A DNA stretch of 64,000 nt from a virus (Duplodnaviria > Caudoviricetes). The translations under genes were made by a program, and so were the position numbers. The DNA lies in IMG/VR virus record IMGVR_UViG_3300047313_000057, positions 54,245 to 118,244 of that record, one strand, 5' to 3'. A model generated the notes under the pieces. It saw only the letters and a list, made by a program, of their open reading frames with translations. It ran no database searches and had not been told where the DNA came from. The first letter of the stretch is position 1. Every line of letters begins with the position of its first letter. Shown piece by piece: positions 45,951 to 55,749 of the stretch.

Positions 45951-46289
45951 ATGACGGATTTGGCGAAGATCTACCGGGTGAAAATCGAAGATGACCCTGT
46001 CGGCCTGTTCTATGCGACAAGCCCGGATCTGCGGGGGCTGCTCGTGGCCAGGCCGACCGTGGGCGGGCTCTATGAGGCCATCCTGGAAGCCATCGCCGCG
46101 CTCGTTCAGGCCGGAGAGCACCGCAGCGTCTATGTCTTTGCGGCAGCGCGGGGCGAAGACCCGATGGTCCATCCGTTCGTAGCAATTCCGGAGGCGACGG
46201 TGTGGAAGATGCTCGGGATGACCCGGCCTATCAAGAGCCTGCTTGACGAACCTGATGTCGGTCTGCCCACAGATGTGATATGGCGATAG
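45951..46289 (+). CDS. HicB/DUF1902-like protein
   Basis: GLFYATSPDLRGLLVA..T...L.EAI. Confidence 0.6.
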   Translation: MTDLAKIYRVKIEDDPVGLFYATSPDLRGLLVARPTVGGLYEAILEAIAALVQAGEHRSVYVFAAARGEDPMVHPFVAIPEATVWKMLGMTRPIKSLLDEPDVGLPTDVIWR

Positions 46290-46290
46290 A

Positions 46291-46367
46291 TGGAAGCGGG
46301 GAGCGGATTTGAACCGCTGACCTTCAGGTTATGAGCCTGACGAGCTGCCGGGCTGCTCCACCCCGCA
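46291..46367 (-). tRNA. tRNA-fMet(CAT), CCA encoded
   Basis: tgcggggtggagcagcccggcagctcgtcaggctCATaacctgaaggtcagcggttcaaatccgctccccgcttCCA; 1:72 mismatch; AGG/CCT anticodon stem. Confidence 0.93.
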
Positions 46368-46382
46368 CCACTGGGAACCGGC

Positions 46383-46419
46383 ATGAAAAAACCCGCCGAC
46401 GCAAGTCCAGCGGGTTCAT
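46383..46419 (-). terminator. intrinsic terminator-like hairpin upstream of the tRNA and late genes
   Basis: acccgctggac-ttgc-gtcggcgggt followed by a T-run. Confidence 0.6.
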
Positions 46420-46498
46420 CCGGTCACGATTCGACCATGGGGATCTGATGGCAGGTAACCCGCGGGTCAGTCAAGGCCCGTCAAGTGGCAAAACAGAG

Positions 46499-46507
46499 TT
46501 ATCCACA
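46499..46507 (+). promoter_or_regulatory. perfect DnaA box TTATCCACA
   Basis: exact consensus in the intergenic gap ahead of the late region. Confidence 0.35.
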
Positions 46508-46510
46508 GGT

Positions 46511-46909
46511 TCACTCTGCGCTGTGCGGACGCGTGGATGGTTCATCTGAGAGTTCATCGATATGCTTGTCGAAGGCGCCGTCTTTGATCGCGCGATCCAG
46601 TTCGCCGAGCGTCTGCTCCATGGCCTTTCCGGCGATGTCCTGGGACCATTTCCCCCACAGATACGCCTCAAAAATGAGCGCGCAGTGGATCACATGCTCC
46701 ACGGTTAACGGGCCAGCCAACTTATCGTCCATCTTGAGTTGCTGGTAGAGATTGCCCTCCCTCACGGTCGTGTCGCCGCAGTGGCGTTGCGCGACGGTGA
46801 GCGCAATCGACCGGATCGTCATGTCCAGGGGCATGACGACTTTGGACACGTCGATCGGCAGGCGAGCGTTTGCCTCGGTGATTTCTCTTGAAATGTCCAG
46901 GTCATTCAT
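46511..46909 (-). CDS. hypothetical protein
   Basis: GGAG RBS. Confidence 0.6.
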   Translation of the reverse strand: MNDLDISREITEANARLPIDVSKVVMPLDMTIRSIALTVAQRHCGDTTVREGNLYQQLKMDDKLAGPLTVEHVIHCALIFEAYLWGKWSQDIAGKAMEQTLGELDRAIKDGAFDKHIDELSDEPSTRPHSAE

Positions 46910-46921
46910 TGCCTATCTCCA

Positions 46922-48001
46922 TCAACGCGGCATGCCGTTATGTTCGACGCCATCAAACAGGCGACCGGCGTGCTTCTTGCCGATGCGATCGACGCGAACC
47001 ACGCGGTCGCCATGAAAGCCAAAACCGCCCGCCAGATTGAGCCATCGGCCGCGTGGCGTTTTGCGCTCGACAGCGCCGCATTGCCGCCAGTCTGGGTCGT
47101 CTACGTCGCGGTTGTAGACGACGGTCCACTCACCCCATTGCTTGCCGAAATACGGGACGCCAGCCGCCGCACAGGCGAGCCTGATTTGACGTTCCCAGTC
47201 GGGATGCATCGGGCGGGCCTTGGGGCCGGATTCGCCGCCGACGATGACCCAATCGAGCCAAACGCGGCCGATAGCGTTGTCTTTCCAGATTGCACTGATG
47301 CCATGGACCTCGTCCCGCCGGCACATTCCAGTATGATCGAGGTTCGTCAAATCAATCGGTCCCAGCAGCGGCTCCAGGCTCACGAACCGCACCGCTGCCG
47401 GCGTCGCCAGCAGATCGGGGATGCGCGCGTCGGCATTCGCTTGGTCTTCGGCGCTGACGCCGAGCCATAGATTTCTCATGACGATCGGCGGATATTTATC
47501 CTCAGCGAGGTAGAGCGCCACTTTGTCCGCCGGCAAATCGTTCCGGAACCTCAGCCGCTTCATAAATGCGGCCATGCGAGCCGGTCGTTTGGTCAGCACC
47601 TGATAGGTATGCTCGCCGTTCCCGCGTCCGATCGTCCCGCAGCCTGAGCCGCCATCCCATGAGGTGCGCCGGATGATGTCGAGAACTCGCAAGATCATCT
47701 CGTCCGTGACGAAATCCGCGAACAGGTCCGTCATGGAGCAGACGAAGACCGGCCGCCCCTCGCGCCACCGCAAGGGCAGGGTCAACATTTTCTCGTCGAG
47801 GAAGATCTCGATATCGTCGCGATGGCCGGGCTTGAAATGCAGGCCCGTCCCGATCCAGCGGTTCCGGCGCTCGGCATAGCAGAAGCGGCAGGCTTCGCTC
47901 GCATGCTCGCAATGCCAGCCGACTTTGCCGGTATAGCGATTGCGGGCCCTGATCGGATTCCAGGTGCTCTGCGTCCATTCGATCGCGGTGCGCTCAGCCA
48001 T
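46922..48001 (-). CDS. DUF5131 (phage Gp37/Gp68) protein
   Basis: IEWTQSTWNP, CEHASEACRFCYA, FVCSMTDLF, LTKRP, SLEPLLG, IVGGESG, KQWG. Confidence 0.9.
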   Translation of the reverse strand: MAERTAIEWTQSTWNPIRARNRYTGKVGWHCEHASEACRFCYAERRNRWIGTGLHFKPGHRDDIEIFLDEKMLTLPLRWREGRPVFVCSMTDLFADFVTDEMILRVLDIIRRTSWDGGSGCGTIGRGNGEHTYQVLTKRPARMAAFMKRLRFRNDLPADKVALYLAEDKYPPIVMRNLWLGVSAEDQANADARIPDLLATPAAVRFVSLEPLLGPIDLTNLDHTGMCRRDEVHGISAIWKDNAIGRVWLDWVIVGGESGPKARPMHPDWERQIRLACAAAGVPYFGKQWGEWTVVYNRDVDDPDWRQCGAVERKTPRGRWLNLAGGFGFHGDRVVRVDRIGKKHAGRLFDGVEHNGMPR

Positions 48002-48284
48002 CGCGTTCCTCGATTTCCGCCTCATCAGGTCTGACAGCACGCCATTGCCCGACGACGCCGTCGATGGACTCACCCATGAACGTGGTCCATTGCTGCTCGC
48101 GCTCGCAGGCATCGAGGTTCTTCCAGGTCTCGGCGTGATCCGCCCACTGGAGGAGCTGCATGGCGACCTTTCGCGCCCCCGCCGGAGACAGCGCGACAAA
48201 TTCGGTTTCCAGATAAATGGTCGCTGCGGCCATACCCTGTTTCGAACAGGCATGCCCAACGGCAATAACGCTGCTTGATTTCAT
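47994..48284 (-). CDS. hypothetical protein
   Basis: operon position, RBS. Confidence 0.45.
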   Translation of the reverse strand: MKSSSVIAVGHACSKQGMAAATIYLETEFVALSPAGARKVAMQLLQWADHAETWKNLDACEREQQWTTFMGESIDGVVGQWRAVRPDEAEIEERDG

Positions 48285-48300
48285 CGCTTCCTCTCTCTGC

Positions 48301-48507
48301 TCACTCCATCGGATCGCATTCGGGCATGACGGGAAGCCTTTCCCGGGTCGCCGGGTCGAGGTAGTAGACCGTGGGCGGCGCGTGGCCGTGATCTGTGATC
48401 CTGTGCAGGTCACAGACGGTGCAGCGGCGGATCGTCTCGAACTCCAGGCGCTGCGGCTGCCGGTCCCATTTGTGGCGCCGACGTTTGATCGGAGGACTAT
48501 CCGTCAT
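48301..48507 (-). CDS. hypothetical protein
   Basis: RHKW...CTVC; ATGA overlap. Confidence 0.5.
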   Translation of the reverse strand: MTDSPPIKRRRHKWDRQPQRLEFETIRRCTVCDLHRITDHGHAPPTVYYLDPATRERLPVMPECDPME

Positions 48508-49115
48508 GCAGCCTTCCCTCCCGTCAGGACGCTGAGCTTGGCGAATCTCTTTCCCCGCGGCGGCGCCGGTTCCTGCCACGAGCGCGCGAGATGCCGTCGG
48601 CAATAGACCTCGCCGTCGACCGTCTTCGCCCCGCAGAAGAAGAACCCCGGCTGGCCCGGATCCCCGACCGGCCATTTGCAGGTCCAGTCCTTCAGCTCGA
48701 TGAGCGAGAGGCGCTGGGCCATCGGGATCCTCAAGTCCTCTGCATTCACGATCCCCGCCGGAAGCTGCGGAACGCCTTCAGGCTCGGCGGCCTTGAGGTG
48801 CTTTGCCTCTTCGACTTGGACGGCTGCGGCGGCTTTCCTGAGACGCTTCGCCTTGATCTTGATGGCGGTGACCATGCCGCGATGCTGGTGGTCCGGCCCT
48901 TTCAGCGGCTTCGCCTTCGGCGCCGGCTCCGGCTTGCACTTGGGTCCCTTGCCGCCACCCCAGATGCCCTTGCGGTGCAGCCAGCCGATGACGGCATTGC
49001 GGCTGAGCGGGTGGCGGGCCGCAGCAGAGAGTTCGTCCGCGATCGCACTTGCGGAGATCCCCTCCGCTTCGATCTCGCGCGCGAGCGCCTCCCACTTGGC
49101 CCAGGGAAAGCTCAT
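48504..49115 (-). CDS. gcrA: GcrA-like cell-cycle regulator
   Basis: SASAIA...SRNAVIG..HR; L.EL...TCKWPVGDP...FFFCG...YCRRH. Confidence 0.85.
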   Translation of the reverse strand: MSFPWAKWEALAREIEAEGISASAIADELSAAARHPLSRNAVIGWLHRKGIWGGGKGPKCKPEPAPKAKPLKGPDHQHRGMVTAIKIKAKRLRKAAAAVQVEEAKHLKAAEPEGVPQLPAGIVNAEDLRIPMAQRLSLIELKDWTCKWPVGDPGQPGFFFCGAKTVDGEVYCRRHLARSWQEPAPPRGKRFAKLSVLTGGKAA

Positions 49116-49330
49116 GCCGGCTCTTTCGTGCGCTCTGCCGCCAGCGCCAGCCCGATCAGCCGCCGGGTCTCTGCGGCAAACGCCACGCGCCGCCGTTCCG
49201 CCCCGGCGCGCACCGCATCGAACATCGCCTCGGTGAGCACCACAGCGACCTGGCGGTGCGAGAGGCCGGCGATGCGCGAACCCATGACGCGGCGGCGGCG
49301 CATCGGCTTGTCGGGGATGACGGCGGTCAT
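49112..49330 (-). CDS. small putative DNA-binding protein
   Basis: RHH-like pattern; ATGA overlap. Confidence 0.45.
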   Translation of the reverse strand: MTAVIPDKPMRRRRVMGSRIAGLSHRQVAVVLTEAMFDAVRAGAERRRVAFAAETRRLIGLALAAERTKEPA

Positions 49331-49332
49331 GG

Positions 49333-49950
49333 CTACCGGCCTTCGTCGTTCAGCTGTTCGCTTATCGCAGCGAGACATTGGGCGCAGTTGACCGCGGCTT
49401 GGTGCGATAATTTCCAACTGTAGGAGCGATAGGGCGAACGTACGTTGCATAGCGCGCGGCGGTCTACCTTCGTGGAATCCGGCACAGCGTGGATAAACCG
49501 GCGGCTGCCTGGGAAGAGGAAGCATGCAGACCATTTCACAATGCCAAGACGGCCGTTTGCTTTGCGTTTCTCCGGTACATCTCTTCTCGCATCGATCTCC
49601 GCCAGTTTGTCGTGAACTATTTTCAACTCCTGCACCATCTTGATTTGATGCTTCGTTAACGGAGTTCTTTTGCCTTTTACCCAAGGAATGAATTCATAAA
49701 CATCGATCAAACCTTCGATTTCCAAGAACCAGTAATAGCGATGGAGGTCCCCATGCTTGGCGTTGAATCGCCGCCTCAGGGTCTCCATGTTTTCGTGATG
49801 TTCGTTCCTGAACAAGCACGTGTATTTCGTGACCTGCAAATATCTCAATGCCGCGTCTTCAAACCATTCACGTATTGAAGGTCCGCACGTTGGACACAGT
49901 CTCGCGCCATGCACAAGACAGCATTCTCCGGATATGCCGGGCCTTCCCAT
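49333..49950 (-). CDS. hypothetical protein (lower GC)
   Basis: TAATG overlap; Cys pairs at both ends. Confidence 0.5.
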   Translation of the reverse strand: MGRPGISGECCLVHGARLCPTCGPSIREWFEDAALRYLQVTKYTCLFRNEHHENMETLRRRFNAKHGDLHRYYWFLEIEGLIDVYEFIPWVKGKRTPLTKHQIKMVQELKIVHDKLAEIDARRDVPEKRKANGRLGIVKWSACFLFPGSRRFIHAVPDSTKVDRRALCNVRSPYRSYSWKLSHQAAVNCAQCLAAISEQLNDEGR

Positions 49951-50159
49951 TAGAATTTCACCGACTCTATGTCTTTGCCGTCGTTTAGGTTTCTCGCTGC
50001 CGCCATTTTCAATTCGATATTGAACGTGTTGTAGATTTGTTGAGCAAAATTGACGATGCTCCGGCATGTTGGTGCGTCAAGCTTGCCATCCGCAGCTGCA
50101 AGCATCTTGTCCCGCAAAAACGAACGTAATTCGGCGGTATTTGAAGGGTTTTCGCTCAT
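49950..50159 (-). CDS. hypothetical protein
   Basis: GAGGA RBS. Confidence 0.55.
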   Translation of the reverse strand: MSENPSNTAELRSFLRDKMLAAADGKLDAPTCRSIVNFAQQIYNTFNIELKMAAARNLNDGKDIESVKF

Positions 50160-50192
50160 TTCATTTTCCTCTACTAACATTCTTCACCACGG

Positions 50193-50978
50193 TCATGGCT
50201 TCGCCTGCCTCGCCTTGCCGCGCTGCTTGCGCTCGCGGTCCCGGTGTTCCTGATCACGGACGATGCGTTCGCGGCGCCGCTCCTCCCGCCCGCGGTTCGC
50301 ATAGGCCCCCCTGACGGCATAGCCGCACAGTTCGGCGAGTTCCTTGAGCGACTCCCGCAACAGCCCGCCACGCCAGCGCACGGCCGCCGGGTCGCACGCG
50401 CTGAGCATCGCCCGCAACGTCGCTTTCTCGATCGTCAGGCCGCGTCCGACGACGTCGCGCACCAGCCGTACCGCGGCCTCGCCATAGGCTCGCGACAGCC
50501 CGCGCTCGATGCGCTTGAGGCGGTCGCCCGCCGCCATGACGGCGTCAATCGCCCCATGGCCGTTGTTGCCCCCGGAGACCACCGGGGCCGATGGGTCGAC
50601 GCCCTTGACCGGCAGCGCCATGGCGGTCGCGAAGGTCTGCGCATAGTCGCGGGCGGCGAAGAACTCCGGCTTGCCCATCTGGCCACGGGCATACATGCCG
50701 GCGATGACGTCGCGGCGCGAGGCCAGCACCTCGATCGGTTTCTTCACCGGGACGATCCATTCGCAGACGTGTCCGTTGCGGCCCGCGGTCTTCTTCGGCG
50801 GCTCCTTGAGGAACGCCGGGGCGCTGTCGGGCCACGGATCGTCGATGGTGATCGCCACCACTGCGGGGGCCTTGCGGTCCTTCTTGCGGGACTTCGCCTG
50901 CGGGCCGTACTGTGGCAGCAGGGAAACCTTGGCCGGGCCTGAGCGCTTGTCTGAGGCTGCCGCGGATTGCAGGCTCAT
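50193..50978 (-). CDS. putative late regulator (DUF6456 / antiterminator Q-like)
   Basis: YARGQM...AARDY...GVDPSAPVVSGG...LVRDVVGRG...LRESLKELA; position. Confidence 0.55.
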   Translation of the reverse strand: MSLQSAAASDKRSGPAKVSLLPQYGPQAKSRKKDRKAPAVVAITIDDPWPDSAPAFLKEPPKKTAGRNGHVCEWIVPVKKPIEVLASRRDVIAGMYARGQMGKPEFFAARDYAQTFATAMALPVKGVDPSAPVVSGGNNGHGAIDAVMAAGDRLKRIERGLSRAYGEAAVRLVRDVVGRGLTIEKATLRAMLSACDPAAVRWRGGLLRESLKELAELCGYAVRGAYANRGREERRRERIVRDQEHRDRERKQRGKARQAKP

Positions 50979-50994
50979 CTTGTGCCTCCGTCGC

Positions 50995-51783
50995 TTAGGT
51001 TTCGCGCGCGCCAAACGACGCCTCCATTTCGGCCGCGAGAGCCGCTTCCCTCTGTCCCGCCCGCACCAGCAGCCCCGGATTGATCTGCCTGACGAGGTCA
51101 TAGGCCAAGAGCACGCCGTGCCTGCTGCGCACCGGCTCAAGGCCCCTCGCGGCGTATTCGCCAAGCATCGCGCGCTCGTTGGCGGCCTGCGTCCGTTCGT
51201 CCAGCGCCTTGCGCTGCGCTTCCCGCTCGGCGTCCTCGGTCTCCGGCTTGTGGCCCCGGGCGATGTCCACGGCGTCCATGCGCTTGAGGCCCCGCCCGGG
51301 ACCAAGCTTCGCCCAGAATTTATCGACGGCAGCGCGGCGTTCTTCGGGGGTCAGATTCTCCGTTCGCTCCGCCGCTTCCCTTGCTGCCTTCGCCGCCCGT
51401 GCGCGTTCAATCGCCCGCTCGTTTTCCCGCTCGACGAACTCGCGCAGCACGGTTCCATGGCGCGTGCACCAGTCATGGACGCGCCCGGCCGTCAGCGAGC
51501 GCCGGCTCAGGCATTCGCGCACGACGCCCAACCGGATGTCGGCGCAGTCTTCCGCGACCTCGCGGGGATGGCCAAGCAGCGCGGCGCAGAGGGCCGGCTC
51601 GTAGCCTTCCGGGTCGGGGTCATCCATCGCGCTTCGCGCCGGAAACGAGTCGAGCATCGTCGCCACCAAGTTCATCGCCTCCGATGGCGTCAGGCGGTCG
51701 CTGATGCGTGCCATCACGTTCGCGGGCTTCCATCTGTCGGGCGAGCCGGCGGGCGCGATCGCCGGCCGTTGCTGGTTTTGCAT
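50995..51783 (-). CDS. putative replication accessory protein (start uncertain)
   Basis: follows the DUF1376 initiator; overlapping reading frames. Confidence 0.45.
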   Translation of the reverse strand: MQNQQRPAIAPAGSPDRWKPANVMARISDRLTPSEAMNLVATMLDSFPARSAMDDPDPEGYEPALCAALLGHPREVAEDCADIRLGVVRECLSRRSLTAGRVHDWCTRHGTVLREFVERENERAIERARAAKAAREAAERTENLTPEERRAAVDKFWAKLGPGRGLKRMDAVDIARGHKPETEDAEREAQRKALDERTQAANERAMLGEYAARGLEPVRSRHGVLLAYDLVRQINPGLLVRAGQREAALAAEMEASFGARET

Positions 51784-52531
51784 GGGCGCCGTTGCCGGCA
51801 GGCTGCGGGGCTGGCCGGTCATTCCATCGCTCTCCTCTGAGCCACGTCGCGGGATTGGCCCACTGGCGGTCGTCGGTCTTGCCGGCATAGGCGGCGACGG
51901 CCGCGATCAGCACCGCCCAGGCGACCTTGCGCTCGCGGCGGATGCCCCCGAGCAAAGGCAACGCCGCCGCCATGGCGACCTTGTGCGGATAGGCATCGCG
52001 GAACTGCTCGCGGTAGTCGGGGGGCCAGTCGTCGAGGCCGTTCTGCGATCCGGTCCCATCCGCATCGGAGGGCGGACGCGCGCGCGCGTCTTGTGTGTGT
52101 AGGGGCCCTGGATCTTGATTCTGACTCTGTAATTGTGACTGTGGATGTGGATGTGTCTGCAAACCATCGAGCAAGGACGGCTGTGGTGCATCTGCATCGG
52201 CCTTGCGCTTGCTGTGCATTTGCAGGGCCGCGGCCTTGCGTTTGCTGGAAATTTCGGCCGCCTTGCTTCTTTCTTTCTCGCCTCTCTTGTTGACCAGAAG
52301 TCCAGGTCTCAGAGGTACGAAAAAGGATCCGATGACCGACCATATTTTGGGCCAGCGTTTGGGGTGCGAGCAGGCGATCCGGCACAGCTTCTTGGCGTCG
52401 TCCGGGATCGATCCGTGCTGCCACTGATGCATAAGGAGGAGGCAATAGGCACCATGTTCCGCGTCGTCCAAATGCCGCGTGTCCGCCAGATAGTCGGCGA
52501 CGTACCAGGGCATCCAGGGCGGCGCGGCCAT
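51620..52531 (-). CDS. YdaU/DUF1376 replication initiator
   Basis: PWMPWYVADYLADTRHL...EHGAYCLLLMHQW; YPHKV...ANPATWLRGERW. Confidence 0.85.
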   Translation of the reverse strand: MAAPPWMPWYVADYLADTRHLDDAEHGAYCLLLMHQWQHGSIPDDAKKLCRIACSHPKRWPKIWSVIGSFFVPLRPGLLVNKRGEKERSKAAEISSKRKAAALQMHSKRKADADAPQPSLLDGLQTHPHPQSQLQSQNQDPGPLHTQDARARPPSDADGTGSQNGLDDWPPDYREQFRDAYPHKVAMAAALPLLGGIRRERKVAWAVLIAAVAAYAGKTDDRQWANPATWLRGERWNDRPAPQPAGNGAHAKPATAGDRARRLARQMEARERDGTHQRPPDAIGGDELGGDDARLVSGAKRDG

Positions 52532-52566
52532 TGGTCATGTCTTCCATTCCAGTTGATTGTCCGGGC

Positions 52567-53157
52567 TCATGCCTCCCCCCCGAACCGCATGAGCCGGCGG
52601 TAGTTCTGCTGATCGCTGGCGAGCCGCTGTTCTATTTCGACGAAATCAAGCGCGCGCATCGCCTCTTCCACCGGGGCAAGACTTTCCAGGAACAGCTTCG
52701 CGTCCGCCGACATCAGCCCCATGGCAACCACCTGGGTGCGCAGGTCGAGGCTCTGCTTTTCGATGCGTGTCACCGCCGCCTTGCCCATGGCGTCGATGGC
52801 GGTCTTCGCGACGCGGCGCAGCTCGGCCCGGCGGGACGCCAGCGCATTCTCGCCACGGCCTTCCCAGTGCAGGCCGACGCGCGGTGCGAACGTCTTCGGA
52901 ATGCCCAGCTCCTTGCACCGCTCGGCAATCTTCGCCTGGCTCTCGCGCACTACCCGCTCCGCCGCTTCCGCCGCGGCCTTCCACACCTCGTCCTGATCGA
53001 AGGAATATTCCGCCGCAATCTTGGCCTCGAAATCCGCCATGATGCGGGCGCCCTGTTCCTCGACATGCGCCTTGAGGACCTTGGTGCGGTCCTTGATGAT
53101 CATCGACAGGTCGTGGGTTTCCTGCCGGGAGAGCTGGCGGGGGGCGGCTTCAGTCAT
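52567..53157 (-). CDS. helical hypothetical protein
   Basis: GGAGG RBS; coupled to the methylase. Confidence 0.6.
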   Translation of the reverse strand: MTEAAPRQLSRQETHDLSMIIKDRTKVLKAHVEEQGARIMADFEAKIAAEYSFDQDEVWKAAAEAAERVVRESQAKIAERCKELGIPKTFAPRVGLHWEGRGENALASRRAELRRVAKTAIDAMGKAAVTRIEKQSLDLRTQVVAMGLMSADAKLFLESLAPVEEAMRALDFVEIEQRLASDQQNYRRLMRFGGEA

Positions 53158-54458
53158 TCGGCTGCCTCCGTGAGGTTCGCAAACAGAGGTGCATCGTCAG
53201 AGATGCGGCGCTTTTGCATTTCGACGTATTGGGGATTGAGTTCGATGATGACCGAATTGCGCTGGAGCCGGTCAGCGACAAGACCTGTGGTGCCGGCTCC
53301 ACCAAATGGATCGAGGACGGTGCAGGGAACCGGCGGCGGCTGGTCTCCATGAGGCATGTATATCCGTATTTTCCTGCGCTTCTCCGTCGGGTCTAAATTC
53401 CTGTCGGGTAAAGCGTCGAATTCCTCGAAATGGCCGTGGCAGGTGCAGGTGGGGGACCAGCCCGTCGTCTCGTGGCGCGTCGTGCCTCGTGGGAAGCCCT
53501 CCCACGAATTGCTGGTGTCCATCGGCTTCTGGCCGTCAGCGCCGCGGACGCCGCGGTCAAGGCTCACGTCTCCCTGCGGTTTAAACTCTCGCGCGGTAGC
53601 GCGCACCCACGGCGCCCCGCACTTCCCACAGCAGCCTTTCTCCGATGTCCCAGCCTTGATGCAAGGCTCGACTAATGCAGGAGGGAAAGTTGCGAAATGG
53701 GCTTCTGGAAAGGGGCTGGTGGCGATTTCCCAGACGGAGCGCTTGTTGCGGCCGTTGGGATTGTAAGAACGCGCGGATTCGTCGATCTTCCATTTCGTGA
53801 CGAACTGCTCGTTCTCGAAACCGGCAATGCGACTTCCGCCGTAGCCGTCCTTCTTCGCGCCAGCCCCGCGCTCTGGATCCGCGTGCGGCTCTCTGATTGT
53901 CTCAGCATCGAAATAATAGCGCGAGGATTTCGAGAGCAGGAAAACGTACTCATGCGCCTTGGTGCATCTATCCGTGACTGATTCCGGCATGGGATTGGGC
54001 TTCGACCAGATGATGTCCTGTCTCAGCCACCAGCCGTCTTCCTGGAGGGCCAGAGCTACGCGCCAGGGGATGCCGCAGAGGTCTTTGGGCTTGAGGCCGC
54101 CTACCGCAGTTGATCCGCCCCATGAGTCTCCAGCTTGACGAGAGAGCCGCGGCGAGCCGTCTGAGTTCTTGTTGTTGCCATCCCATCCGCCGTTGCCGCG
54201 CGGCCCCGACGAAGCGTAGGAATCCCCCAAGTTGATCCAGCATGTTCCGTCCGGTCGCAGCACTCTCCGCACTTCCCGGAACACCTTCACCATCTCACTG
54301 ATGAATTCGGGGAAGGTGGATTCAAGACCGATCTGGCCGGGGACGCCGTAGTCCCGCAGGCCCCAATAGGGAGGGGATGTCACACAGCAATGCACGCTGT
54401 CCGCCGCCAAGGTCGCCAGCACGTTGCGGCAATCCCCGGTGAGGATTTTTACGGACAT
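53154..54458 (-). CDS. beta-class amino-DNA methyltransferase (N4C/N6A)
   Basis: VTSPPY ... HFATFP ... VLDPFGGAGTT. Confidence 0.9.
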   Translation of the reverse strand: MSVKILTGDCRNVLATLAADSVHCCVTSPPYWGLRDYGVPGQIGLESTFPEFISEMVKVFREVRRVLRPDGTCWINLGDSYASSGPRGNGGWDGNNKNSDGSPRLSRQAGDSWGGSTAVGGLKPKDLCGIPWRVALALQEDGWWLRQDIIWSKPNPMPESVTDRCTKAHEYVFLLSKSSRYYFDAETIREPHADPERGAGAKKDGYGGSRIAGFENEQFVTKWKIDESARSYNPNGRNKRSVWEIATSPFPEAHFATFPPALVEPCIKAGTSEKGCCGKCGAPWVRATAREFKPQGDVSLDRGVRGADGQKPMDTSNSWEGFPRGTTRHETTGWSPTCTCHGHFEEFDALPDRNLDPTEKRRKIRIYMPHGDQPPPVPCTVLDPFGGAGTTGLVADRLQRNSVIIELNPQYVEMQKRRISDDAPLFANLTEAAE

Positions 54459-54476
54459 GGCAATAATCCCTCGGAC

Positions 54477-54725
54477 TCACCCATCACCAGACTCCGCGTC
54501 GAGCAGCGAGCAGGCCGAAGCGAGATGCGCCCGCGTCCTGAGCGAGGCATCCATCGAGACGACGCCCAGCCCCAGGAAGCCGGCCACGGCCAATTCGTCG
54601 TGGGAAAGATCGAGGCCTGTTGCGACGGCACGCAATGTCAGGGCGATGGCCCGCGCGGCCTTGGCGATCTTCGGGTCACCGACGCCAGGGATTGCAGGAT
54701 GACCGGTCTGTTCAGCCATGCTCAC
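54477..54725 (-). CDS. hypothetical protein
   Basis: GTGA overlap. Confidence 0.45.
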   Translation of the reverse strand: MSMAEQTGHPAIPGVGDPKIAKAARAIALTLRAVATGLDLSHDELAVAGFLGLGVVSMDASLRTRAHLASACSLLDAESGDG

Positions 54726-55546
54726 ACCTCACGCATCCAATAGCCCCGCCCGTGTCTCAGCCCTGCTTCGAGCCGCAGCGGGGCGAGGTCCTTGGCCATG
54801 TCACCGACCATCTCCAGCAAGGCCGCACGGTCCTTGCCGCCGTAAGTTCGTAAAAGCATCTCGGCTGCGACGTAGCCCTTGCCGAGCACCTTGTAGAGGG
54901 CCGTCGCCACGGCATGGCGGATCTTTTCAAGTTCCACCGTCTGGCCCTTGTGGGTGAAGGGGAGCATGATGGGTTCGCCGCTCTCCGGCACCTGCAGGGC
55001 ATGGCCGTTGGGTGCGGGCCGGGCCGTCTCCTCGACGGCGTCGAGTGTCGCCGGGACGGTCGCGCTGATGAAATCGCCCACAGTCACGGGCACCACGGTG
55101 GTGCGGTATGCATCATCATCGCAATGAACGACCGCGGGCAGTTCCTCGACCTCCCGGTCCGCCGCCCGCTTGTGCCACGGCAGCGCAAATACGACGCCGC
55201 CCCCTTTGGGAAATTCCAGATCGACCATCGTGTCCGGGTACTCCGGCGGCATGCCGGCCGGCTGCTTGAAGACGATCCGCACCGCCCCGCGCTTGCCTTG
55301 CGGGAAGGCGCCATGGGCGCCAGCCGGATCGTGGACGACGCGCATGCCGCCGGCGTCAGCGCCAGCGCCGAGAAGGACGTCGACCCGGGATTTCACGTCG
55401 GGAGGGATGCCGGCCTTCGCGGCGAGCGTGCGCGCGACCCGGATGATGAGGTGCGGCGAGTCGTAGCCTTTCGCGGTGATGCGCACATTGAGGCCCTCCA
55501 CCGCCGCGGCGTTGCCGGGGGCGCGGGGGATCTTGGTCCAGCTCAT
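54722..55546 (-). CDS. hypothetical protein with C-terminal winged-helix-like region
   Basis: ends GLRHGRGYWM; GGAG RBS. Confidence 0.5.
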   Translation of the reverse strand: MSWTKIPRAPGNAAAVEGLNVRITAKGYDSPHLIIRVARTLAAKAGIPPDVKSRVDVLLGAGADAGGMRVVHDPAGAHGAFPQGKRGAVRIVFKQPAGMPPEYPDTMVDLEFPKGGGVVFALPWHKRAADREVEELPAVVHCDDDAYRTTVVPVTVGDFISATVPATLDAVEETARPAPNGHALQVPESGEPIMLPFTHKGQTVELEKIRHAVATALYKVLGKGYVAAEMLLRTYGGKDRAALLEMVGDMAKDLAPLRLEAGLRHGRGYWMREV

Positions 55547-55749
55547 GACGGCACTCTCCGCGCGAACAATTCGACGATGCCGGCGCATCCCTCGATGCGG
55601 TGTTGAGATTTTGAGCGAATTATCGGGTCCTGTTGTTTTGTGCGTCTTCCCCTCCCTGCGCAGGCCATGGCGCTGCCGTCGGGGAGATGATGCTCTCCGT
55701 GCTGGAGGGGGAAGCGCTCGGTGCAGGCGGGGCAGTTACGCAGGGTCAT
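55543..55749 (-). CDS. hypothetical protein
   Basis: ATGA overlaps. Confidence 0.4.
   Translation of the reverse strand: MTLRNCPACTERFPLQHGEHHLPDGSAMACAGRGRRTKQQDPIIRSKSQHRIEGCAGIVELFARRVPS

Noticed and set aside
46291-46367. tRNA as a prophage attachment site
   Set aside because: Phage genes lie on both sides, with no integrase or duplicated tRNA 3' end in the window.
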